DNA from: an uncultured Candidatus Saccharibacteria bacterium
Lineage (GTDB): Bacteria; Patescibacteriota; Minisyncoccia; Phycocordibacterales; UBA9973
Assembly: GCA_964361705.1 (NCBI GenBank)
Contig: CAYIBP010000005.1
Span: 1-55,250 of the forward strand
Length of the DNA: 55,250 nucleotides
Direction of reading: 5' to 3'
The notes under the pieces were generated by a model, which was not told the origin of the DNA, did no database searches, and saw only the letters and a program-made list of their open reading frames with translations. The position numbers and the translations under genes are program-made. Shown here piece by piece: positions 18,399-26,522 of the stretch. Within the stretch, counting starts at the first letter, position 1. Each line of letters opens with the position of its first letter.

Positions 18399-20816
18399 TT
18401 ATTTTACATCTCCAAAATTCTTACCCACCCCAGAGTGCACTGACAGAGGTATAAGGGTTTTGTAGTGAATATAAGACCTTTCAAGCACTGTCTGCATGGC
18501 ATGGCTTATCACTTTCTCCGCTTTTTCAAGCACACTCTCTTCCACTTCGTATACGAGCTCGTCATGAATCTGAAGCATTAGATGCACCTTGTCTAAAATC
18601 TTTTCTTTTTCAAGATCCTCCTCTGCATACCTGATAGCGAGCTTTATGATATCCGCGGTGGCAGTGCCTTGGATGGGAGCATTTATCGCGGTGCGCTCAG
18701 CCATGTTTTTCAAAAAAGGAATTCGAGAATTTATATTTGGAAAATATCTGCGTCTTCCAAAAAGAGTTTCTGTATAATAGTTCTTCACTGCAAAAGATTT
18801 TACTTCTTCAAGGTATTCCTGCAAACCAGAAAATTGCCTAAAATAATTATCGTAAAACTTTTGCGCTTCTTCGCGAGTGCCTCCAGTGCTTTTACGCAAA
18901 GATGAAACTCCCATCCCATAAATAATCCCAAAGTTTATAACTTTCGCTTTTCGGCGCATTTCGCTGTCTACCTTGTCTATCGGCACTCCAAAAACAAAAG
19001 ACGCGACTCCCGAATGAATATCTTTCCCTGCCTTAAATATTTCTGTCATCTTTTCATCACCCGAAAGCATGGCCGCTACACGTAATTCAATCTGACTATA
19101 ATCAAAAGCAACGAGCTTGTGTCCTTGTTTTGCTATAAATGCATTTCTAATCTTTTTACCGAGCTCGCTTTTGATGGGCAAATTTTGAAGATTTGGATCT
19201 TGAGAAGAAAACCTACCAGTACTTGTTCCATTTTGTATGAATTTTGCGTGCAGTCTGCCGTCCTGCCCTACCATATGTGGAATAACATCTATATAAGTAG
19301 ATAATAATTTTTGGATTTCCCTGTAAGCCATGATTTCCTTAATGATAGGATTGTCATCCTCAAGCTCTTCTAATATTGATACCTTAGTAGAGAAAGACCC
19401 ACTCGCGTTTTTTTTCTTGCCTGATTTTATACCCATCTTTACAAAAAGTATCTCACTGAGTTGTTTAGGAGAATTGATATTAAATTCTGAACCAGCCATT
19501 TTATATATTTTAGCTGTGAGCTTATCAAGTTCTTTATGATAATCTTCGCTCAATTCTTTAAAATATTCTTGGTCTATAGCTATTCCATAGTCCTGCATCT
19601 TTTTTATAATGGGTATTATGGGCTTTTCGATTTCCTCATACACTTTTTCTAGACCTTTTTCCTTTAGTTCTTTAAATATACTTTCCCTCGCTATTTCAAA
19701 TGAACTTGTTTTTGCATAAAGCAAAATATCGTCCAAAGACGGATTGCTCATATCCGAATTTAAAAGCCACAAAGCGATGGAGGTCTCTTGCAATTTATTT
19801 TGATCTAGATTTTCTGTATTTTTTGTTGAGGATGTCTCTGTCGAAACATTTTTAAATTCATTAGTGCTTTTACTATCTGGGTCTCCTTGTACTTGCCCAT
19901 TCTCAAAAAAACCTTTCAAGCGCGCGAACAAACTCCTGAATTCAAAAACTGAAAACATATTTTCTATCTTTTTCAAATCTGCATTTTGCCAAAAAGTTTT
20001 CTCCGATAGTTTAAAATCTATCGGCGCATCATCGCGTATTTTTGCCAGTGTTTTTGAGAACAAAGCTTCCTCTTCATTATCTTTTATAAGCTCTATTATC
20101 CTAGGAGTTATACCAATAGCTTTAAAAACACTTGTGTCTTTTTTAACCGCTTTGTAAATCTCTTCTATTGAACCAAATCTTTTTATCAAGCTAGTAGCGG
20201 TTTTCTCGCCTATGCCTTTTATACCTATAATATTGTCTGAGGTATCGCCCCGCAAACCTTTATAATCAGGCAAATATTTTGGCTCAAATCCAAATCTTTC
20301 AATCATCTTTTCCTCATTATAAAGAATGGTGTCATTTATACCTTTTTTCAGCGTGTAAACTTGAACTTTGTTTTTATCAACCAACTGCATCGTATCCATA
20401 TCTCCGGAAGCAATTATAATTCTTAAATCTTTTTCTGATTGTAATATCTTTACTATAGTTCCAAGCACATCGTCGGCCTCAAAACCCGGCGCATCATAAA
20501 TGGGAATATTAAACGCTTCAAAGATTTGTCTAGAGTTTTTCAACTGTATGACAAGAGCTTCATCTGCCTTTACCCTGCCGGCCTTATAGGCATCATATGC
20601 TTCGTGCCTGAAAGTTTTTTGAGGTAAATCGTAACAGGCAACCATATAATCCGGTTTTAAGTCTGTAACTATTCTCATCAACATGGTTGAAAGCCCATAC
20701 AAAGCTCCCGTGGGCTCGCCCTTTGAAGAAAGAAACTCTGGCAAAGCGTGATAAGCACGATGAATTATGGCATGAGCATCAAGCAACACTAGAGTTTTTT
20801 CTCTTTTATTAGTCAT
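18399..20816 (-). CDS. polA: DNA polymerase I (5'-3' exonuclease + polymerase, reduced 3'-5' exo region)
   Basis: LLDAHAIIHRAYHA, GFEADD, GDTSDNI, TGRFSSQDPNLQN, DYSQIELR, QIHDEL; real start MTNK at 20816. Confidence 0.97.
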   Translation of the reverse strand: MTNKREKTLVLLDAHAIIHRAYHALPEFLSSKGEPTGALYGLSTMLMRIVTDLKPDYMVACYDLPQKTFRHEAYDAYKAGRVKADEALVIQLKNSRQIFEAFNIPIYDAPGFEADDVLGTIVKILQSEKDLRIIIASGDMDTMQLVDKNKVQVYTLKKGINDTILYNEEKMIERFGFEPKYLPDYKGLRGDTSDNIIGIKGIGEKTATSLIKRFGSIEEIYKAVKKDTSVFKAIGITPRIIELIKDNEEEALFSKTLAKIRDDAPIDFKLSEKTFWQNADLKKIENMFSVFEFRSLFARLKGFFENGQVQGDPDSKSTNEFKNVSTETSSTKNTENLDQNKLQETSIALWLLNSDMSNPSLDDILLYAKTSSFEIARESIFKELKEKGLEKVYEEIEKPIIPIIKKMQDYGIAIDQEYFKELSEDYHKELDKLTAKIYKMAGSEFNINSPKQLSEILFVKMGIKSGKKKNASGSFSTKVSILEELEDDNPIIKEIMAYREIQKLLSTYIDVIPHMVGQDGRLHAKFIQNGTSTGRFSSQDPNLQNLPIKSELGKKIRNAFIAKQGHKLVAFDYSQIELRVAAMLSGDEKMTEIFKAGKDIHSGVASFVFGVPIDKVDSEMRRKAKVINFGIIYGMGVSSLRKSTGGTREEAQKFYDNYFRQFSGLQEYLEEVKSFAVKNYYTETLFGRRRYFPNINSRIPFLKNMAERTAINAPIQGTATADIIKLAIRYAEEDLEKEKILDKVHLMLQIHDELVYEVEESVLEKAEKVISHAMQTVLERSYIHYKTLIPLSVHSGVGKNFGDVK

Positions 20817-20856
20817 TATGCAAATTATATCACTTAAGTTATACTTGTACTTAATA

Positions 20857-22554
20857 ATGCCAATTTTCGATGATGAACAGCAGAATAAAAAACTGGAAGA
20901 CCTGCGCAGAGAGGAGGAAGAGAATTTAATAGCACTTCTTGCCGAATCAAAATACAAACTCCCTTATATCAATCTCGCAGGGATAGTGATAGACAACGAA
21001 GCATTGCGTTCTATCAGTGAAAAAGATGCCCACGACCTTAAAGTGGCTCCTTTTAAACTCATGGGTAAAAATCTTCTCATCGGTCTGCGTTCTCCGTCAC
21101 CCGAGCTTATAGCAGAGTTAAAAGATGAAGCAGAAAGAAAAGACCTTGTGCCATCTTTCTATATGATTTCGCTTGCCAGTCTAGAGAAAGTCTGGGGCAG
21201 ATACCAAGAACTCTCAATGGCAGAAAGCTCAAAAGTCGGAGGCATAGATATCTCGGCGGAAGTCTTGAGAGATGTGGCAAAAAATATAAAAAATATTGAG
21301 GATATAACAAAACAAGTCCAAGCTTCTATTGACGGCACAGCGACTCACAAAATTTCCCATATACTTGAAGTGATCTTGGCAGGAGCAATAGCGGTGAATG
21401 CTTCAGATGTACACATAGAACCAGAACAAGAACAAACCCGTTTGCGCGTTAGACTCGATGGAGTGCTACACGATATTATATTCTTTGATCACAAGATTTA
21501 TCATTTACTTAATTCAAGAATTAAACTCCTTTCCGGCATGAAACTCTCCGCAAAAACTTCACAAGACGGACGATTCAGTATAGAAGAAGATAAGGACGAA
21601 ATAAATATTCGAACTTCCGCCGTGCCAGGTGCCTACGGCGAATCGATCGTAATGCGTATTCTTGATCCAAAGTCTATCCAAGTAGAGCTTGAAGAGCTTG
21701 GCATAGAGCCATTCTTGTTTAAAGTAATACAAGAAGAAATAAAAAAGCCAAACGGGCTCATACTCGTTACTGGACCTACGGGCTCTGGAAAAACCACTTC
21801 TCTTTATGCGTTTTTAAGAAGAATATATAACCCTGAAATTAAAATAATCACCATTGAAGATCCGATAGAATACCATTTGAACGGTATAACTCAGACTCAA
21901 GAGGAAAAAGACAAAGGCTATACATTTTTGGAAGGTCTACGTTCGGCTTTGAGACAAGACCCTGATGTAGTGATGGTGGGCGAAATTCGCGACGGAGAAA
22001 CAGCCAGAACAGCGATAGAGGCTGCCCTAACCGGGCATATGGTGTTCTCTACTCTGCATACCAACAACGCTGCTGGTGTAATACCTCGCCTTATAGACTT
22101 GGGCGTAAATCCAAAGATCATGGTATCGGCGCTGACACTTTCAATAGCGCAACGCCTAGTACGCAAACTCTGTGTAGACTGTAAAAAAGAAAAAATCCCA
22201 ACGGACAAAGAAATAAGTATTATAAAAATAATAATGGACGGAATAAAAACAGAGGGTAAAAGTTTATCGAATTATAATATCAATCCTGACGCTCCTATCA
22301 AACTCTTCTCCTCTGCTGGATGTGATAAATGCAACAATACAGGATATCGCGGAAGAATAGGTCTCTTTGAAGCAATCAAAACTGATGAAGCTATAGAAAA
22401 AATAATTCCTGAGAATCCAAGCGAACGAGAAATCAAAAAAGTAGCAAGCACACAGGGCATACTCTCAATGAGACAAGATGGAATTGTAAAAATTCTAACC
22501 GGAATTACTTCTTTTGAAGAAGTTGAAAGCGTTGTAGATCTAAAAGAAGAATAA
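20857..22554 (+). CDS. Type IV pilus/type II secretion assembly ATPase, PilB/GspE family
   Basis: ASDVHIEP, GPTGSGKTTSLY, TIEDPIEY, LRQDPDVVMVGEIRD, GHMVFSTLHTN, tetracysteine motif; start at ATG 20857. Confidence 0.95.
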   Translation: MPIFDDEQQNKKLEDLRREEEENLIALLAESKYKLPYINLAGIVIDNEALRSISEKDAHDLKVAPFKLMGKNLLIGLRSPSPELIAELKDEAERKDLVPSFYMISLASLEKVWGRYQELSMAESSKVGGIDISAEVLRDVAKNIKNIEDITKQVQASIDGTATHKISHILEVILAGAIAVNASDVHIEPEQEQTRLRVRLDGVLHDIIFFDHKIYHLLNSRIKLLSGMKLSAKTSQDGRFSIEEDKDEINIRTSAVPGAYGESIVMRILDPKSIQVELEELGIEPFLFKVIQEEIKKPNGLILVTGPTGSGKTTSLYAFLRRIYNPEIKIITIEDPIEYHLNGITQTQEEKDKGYTFLEGLRSALRQDPDVVMVGEIRDGETARTAIEAALTGHMVFSTLHTNNAAGVIPRLIDLGVNPKIMVSALTLSIAQRLVRKLCVDCKKEKIPTDKEISIIKIIMDGIKTEGKSLSNYNINPDAPIKLFSSAGCDKCNNTGYRGRIGLFEAIKTDEAIEKIIPENPSEREIKKVASTQGILSMRQDGIVKILTGITSFEEVESVVDLKEE

Positions 22555-22566
22555 ATTCTTCTTAAC

Positions 22567-22720
22567 AAGAAAACATTAATCTCTAAACAATCCTTCCAAA
22601 GCTATGCCCTGAAAGTAACGAACCCTTATAGGATAGTTCCAGAAACCAGTTAAGGTACCAAATCGTCCCACGCAAACCCGTATAACCATTGGCTGATTGC
22701 TTAGAGATTAATATATTCTT
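22567..22720 (-). ncRNA. Candidate rod-like structured ncRNA (or palindromic element)
   Basis: 18-bp arms 22574-22591 / 22695-22712 with a G-U pair on the minus strand, further inner G-U-rich pairing; minus-strand TATAAT at 22761-22766 with no sizeable ORF downstream. Confidence 0.5.
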
Positions 22721-22850
22721 ATTTTAAAAAACTCATCTAGTACATCAAAAGTACAAAAGAATTATACTACAATCCACATAGGGCAAATGCTATAATGTGG
22801 ATAGCGTGTTGATAACAACAACATGGGTAGTATATCATAAAACCAATTCA

Positions 22851-23879
22851 ATGTCAAGCAAAAACAGCTCAAAAACACCTAAAATAACTGACCAAAAAAA
22901 AGTGGAAAACGATGATGTTTTCTTGGACCAAGCCCTTCGTCCTTCCAAATGGGAGGATTATATCGGCCAAAAACACATAAAAGACAATATAAAAATCCTC
23001 CTTCGAGCAGCGGAAGAACGCGGACACATACCAGAACACATACTTTTCTACGGGCCTCCGGGTTTAGGAAAAACTACCCTTGCCCATCTAATAGCCAAGG
23101 AAACAGGCAAACAAATTAAAATAACTTCCGGCCCAGCAATAGAAAAAGTCGGGGATTTGGCTTCTATACTAACAAATCTTTCTACTGGAGACATACTTTT
23201 CATAGATGAAATACACCGGCTCAATAAAATGGTAGAAGAGATCCTCTACCCTGCCATGGAATCCGGTGTACTAGATATAATAATTGGCAAAGGTCCTTCA
23301 GCTCGAACAATACAGCTCGACTTGCCACCTTTTACATTGATTGCCGCAACTACCCGCGTGGCAATGGTATCTTCGCCTCTCCGCTCACGATTCTCTGGCG
23401 GAGTTTTTAGATTGGAATTTTATTCCAATGAAGAAATCGCTGAGATAGTTGATAGATCAAGCAAACTTTTGAAAACAAAACTCGAAAAAAAAGCTCTAGA
23501 AGAAATAGCAAAGCGAAGCAGGTTTACTCCCCGTACTGCAAACTACTTTTTGAAACGCGTGCGAGATTTTGCGCAAGTTCACAAGAAAGATTTAGACGAA
23601 AAGACTGTGCGCGAGGCTCTCAATATGCTTGCCATAGATGAGATAGGCCTAAACGCATCCGACAGAAAGTTTTTAGAAATATTAATTGAGAAATTCAATG
23701 GCAAACCCGTAGGACTCAAGACCATCAGTGCGGCGCTGTCTGAAGAAGAAGCAACCGTCGAAGAAGTAATAGAACCTTACCTGATTCAGCTCGGACTACT
23801 GGAACGCACACCAAAAGGCCGTATGGCTACAAAGAAAGCCTATGAACATTTAGGATTTGATTTTAAAGAAAAAAATTAA
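22851..23879 (+). CDS. ruvB: Holliday junction branch migration helicase RuvB
   Basis: LRPSKWEDYIGQ, GPPGLGKTTLA, FIDEIHRL, TPRTAN, EPYLIQ.G..RTPKGR; start ATG 22851 after TGcTATAAT (22788-22796). Confidence 0.98.
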   Translation: MSSKNSSKTPKITDQKKVENDDVFLDQALRPSKWEDYIGQKHIKDNIKILLRAAEERGHIPEHILFYGPPGLGKTTLAHLIAKETGKQIKITSGPAIEKVGDLASILTNLSTGDILFIDEIHRLNKMVEEILYPAMESGVLDIIIGKGPSARTIQLDLPPFTLIAATTRVAMVSSPLRSRFSGGVFRLEFYSNEEIAEIVDRSSKLLKTKLEKKALEEIAKRSRFTPRTANYFLKRVRDFAQVHKKDLDEKTVREALNMLAIDEIGLNASDRKFLEILIEKFNGKPVGLKTISAALSEEEATVEEVIEPYLIQLGLLERTPKGRMATKKAYEHLGFDFKEKN

Positions 23880-23912
23880 AAAGATAAGTATCAAATAAAA
23901 AAGCCAACACTC

Positions 23913-24452
23913 ATGTCAGGACATAATAAATGGGCGCAGATAAAACACAAGAAGGCAATAACCGACTCAAAGAAAAGCAAGATATTTTCTAAGATTGTTA
24001 GGTTTATCGGTGTAGAAGCCAGACTTGCAAAGGGAGATGTAAATGCTCCAGGACTGCGTTCTGCTATAGAAAAAGCTCGTAATGTAAATATGCCATCGGA
24101 AAACATTGAGCGTGCAATCAAAAAAGCTTCCGAGCCCAGCTCGCAAATGGAATCTATCGCTTATGAGGCATATGGCCCAGGTGGCATAGCCATGGTCATA
24201 GAAACTTTGACCGACAGTAGAAACAGAACTGCGCAAGATATAAAACATCTACTTTCTAAACATGGCTCTGCTCTCGCAGGTATAGGTTCTGCTAGTTGGG
24301 CATTTAATAAAAAAATAACAGAAGAGGGTTTGCGTTGGGAACCTCACACTTTTTCTTCTACTTCTGATAGCGATCTAGAACTCTTGGAAAAGTTAGTAGA
24401 TGAGTTGGAGGAAAATGATGATGTTCAAGATGTATACACTAATGCAGAGTAA
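23913..24452 (+). CDS. yebC: YebC/PmpR family protein, short form
   Basis: MSGHNKWAQIKHKK, YEAYGPGG, TDSRNRT, DDVQDVYTN. Confidence 0.95.
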   Translation: MSGHNKWAQIKHKKAITDSKKSKIFSKIVRFIGVEARLAKGDVNAPGLRSAIEKARNVNMPSENIERAIKKASEPSSQMESIAYEAYGPGGIAMVIETLTDSRNRTAQDIKHLLSKHGSALAGIGSASWAFNKKITEEGLRWEPHTFSSTSDSDLELLEKLVDELEENDDVQDVYTNAE

Positions 24453-24460
24453 AAATATTT

Positions 24461-24973
24461 ATGAAAATCTTAGGCATAGATCCGGGGTACGAGAGACTAG
24501 GTATAGCAATACTAGAAAAAAACAAGGGTGATAAAAAAGAAAAAGTTTTATTTTCAGAGTGTTTCAAAACATCTCCAAAGTTAGACTTCAACGAAAGGTT
24601 GTCTTTAATAGGCGGAGAAATAAAAAATATAATAGAAAAATACAAACCTGAAATACTTTCAGTGGAAACGCTTTTCCTAAATACAAATCAAAAAACTGTA
24701 ATGCAGGTAGCTGAAGTACGCGGAGTGATATTGTACGAAGCCTTCAGTCATGGACTAAAAATATTCGAGGCTTCTCCCCCACAAATCAAACTTGCAACCA
24801 CAGGCTATGGTAAAGCCACAAAAGAACAAATAATAAAAATGGTAAAAATCCTAGTTGATATAGAAAATACAGACAAATCTTCGTTAAAAGATAAATTAAA
24901 TAACAAAGAATCCGATGACGAGCTCGATGCTATAGCCACAGCCCTGACTGCCTTTGCTCATATCAAAATATAA
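24461..24973 (+). CDS. ruvC: Crossover junction endodeoxyribonuclease RuvC
   Basis: ILGIDPG, VETLF, TGYGKATKEQ, DDELDAIA. Confidence 0.96.
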   Translation: MKILGIDPGYERLGIAILEKNKGDKKEKVLFSECFKTSPKLDFNERLSLIGGEIKNIIEKYKPEILSVETLFLNTNQKTVMQVAEVRGVILYEAFSHGLKIFEASPPQIKLATTGYGKATKEQIIKMVKILVDIENTDKSSLKDKLNNKESDDELDAIATALTAFAHIKI

Positions 24974-25104
24974 ATTATCCACAGGTAGCGGTCCAAAGTA
25001 CTTGCTAAAGAATTTAGTTTTTGATAAAAATAAGAAAAATTATTTTTGTTAAAAATATTTTGGTGTTTCGGTCGATTAATATTTAATTTTTAAAAAATTT
25101 TTAT

Positions 25105-25248
25105 ATGGATGAAGAAGATAAAAATCTAGCGGGTCTAGCGGGTAGTGATAGTCAAGGTTCAGATGAAATGAGTATGGCCGAAAATGAAGAAGATTTTGAC
25201 CCAAAAGATTTTGGAGATGAAGACGAAGAAGCGGGATACGATAGTTAG
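25105..25248 (+). CDS. Small, highly acidic protein (47 aa; not in the ORF track)
   Basis: Translated by hand: MDEEDKNLAGLAGSDSQGSDEMSMAENEEDFDPKDFGDEDEEAGYDS*; directly followed by a terminator. Confidence 0.7.
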   Translation: MDEEDKNLAGLAGSDSQGSDEMSMAENEEDFDPKDFGDEDEEAGYDS

Positions 25249-25249
25249 T

Positions 25250-25297
25250 AAAACAAAAAAACACCCTTCGGGTATACTCAGGGTGTTTTTTTGTTTT
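25250..25297. terminator. Bidirectional intrinsic terminator
   Basis: A-tract + ACACCCT ... AGGGTGT + T-tract between the convergent acidic ORF and tyrS. Confidence 0.8.
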
Positions 25298-26483
25298 AGT
25301 TTATTTTTATAAATCTTCTCTTGCCTACTTTAAACCTCATTCCACTTTTTGGCACAAACCCCACATCTGTTATTTTCTTTTCGCTATCAAGGTCGGTTAT
25401 TGCTCCTTCCTTTGCAAGCCTTCTAAAATCTCCATTTGAAGACAAAACTTTTTCTCTAACTAAAATATCCATCAGACTTGCTCCATCGCCTTTCGCTTCT
25501 ATCATCTCTTCTGGAATTTCTCCTTTCTGAAAAGTATTTTTAAAATCTTGTTCTGCTTTTTCCGCTTTTGAAAGACCGTGATAGAAAGTTACAATTTCTT
25601 TAGCAAGTCTTTTCTTAAAAATCATAGGATTCTCTCCTGCTTTTACAGATTCTTTCATCTTCTTTATTTCGTCCATGGATATGCGAGTAACTAATTCAAA
25701 ATAATCAAAGATAACCTCATCTACCACTGACATTATTTGTCCATACATTTCGCTTGCATCTTGAGCTATGGGTATAAAATTTTTAAGACTCTTGCCCATA
25801 GGACGTCCATCCGAACCTACCAAGAGCTTCATGGCGATAGCGCATTGTGGAGTCAGACCAAAATGTGGCATTAAATGCCTACCTGCAAGCAAATTAAAGG
25901 TCTGGTCTGTGCCACCTAGTTCAACATCGGAATTCAAAACCACAGAATCATAACCTTGCATTGCTGGATATAAAAATTCATCGAGGCCTATGGGCTTGCC
26001 TGCCTTGTAGCGAAGCATAAAAGTTTCTCTATCGAGCATCTGCGAGATGGTAAATTGTTTTGCCAAATTTATACCATCTTTGAAACTAAGTTTATTAAGC
26101 CACTCCGAATTGTGTCTGATTTTGGTTTGTTTTTTTATTACTGTTCTAAAAAATTGCTCTTGATAAGTTTTCTCTAATTGCTTTATATCTTTTGCTGTAG
26201 TTTCTTTGCGCATGTCTACTTTGTCAGAGTGATCCCCTACTAAAGTCGTAAAATCACCTATGATCAGAGTAACTCTGTGCCCTAGCTCCTGAAAATCTCG
26301 AAGTTTTCTGTGTAAGACAGAATGCCCTAAATGCAAAAATGATCCAGTGACATCGGTCCCTAGTTTAAAGTGTAATTGCTTTCCGCTCAAAAGCCTTTTT
26401 TTAAGTTCTTCTTTTGTGAAAATTTCATGTACTCCGCGATTCAAAATATCATCTATCCTTTTCTCGTCTGTTATGATTTTCAT
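25296..26483 (-). CDS. tyrS: Tyrosine--tRNA ligase
   Basis: HLGH, IGDFT, YPAMQGYD, ELGGTDQTFN, PMGKS (KMSKS variant), C-terminal S4-like VGKRRF; start ATG 26483. Confidence 0.96.
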   Translation of the reverse strand: MKIITDEKRIDDILNRGVHEIFTKEELKKRLLSGKQLHFKLGTDVTGSFLHLGHSVLHRKLRDFQELGHRVTLIIGDFTTLVGDHSDKVDMRKETTAKDIKQLEKTYQEQFFRTVIKKQTKIRHNSEWLNKLSFKDGINLAKQFTISQMLDRETFMLRYKAGKPIGLDEFLYPAMQGYDSVVLNSDVELGGTDQTFNLLAGRHLMPHFGLTPQCAIAMKLLVGSDGRPMGKSLKNFIPIAQDASEMYGQIMSVVDEVIFDYFELVTRISMDEIKKMKESVKAGENPMIFKKRLAKEIVTFYHGLSKAEKAEQDFKNTFQKGEIPEEMIEAKGDGASLMDILVREKVLSSNGDFRRLAKEGAITDLDSEKKITDVGFVPKSGMRFKVGKRRFIKIN

Positions 26484-26522
26484 GCTCGAATAATAACACA
26501 ATTTGTGGTATTGTAGAAGAAA

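Noticed and set aside
19800-19900. Low-complexity linker in PolA (GQVQGDPDSK..TENLD)
   Set aside because: No inverted repeat found; consistent with an ordinary variable linker.
20817-20957. Apparent overlap of the polA and pilB-like N termini
   Set aside because: Artefact of upstream start choice; the likely starts are 20816 and 20857 with divergent -10 boxes between them.
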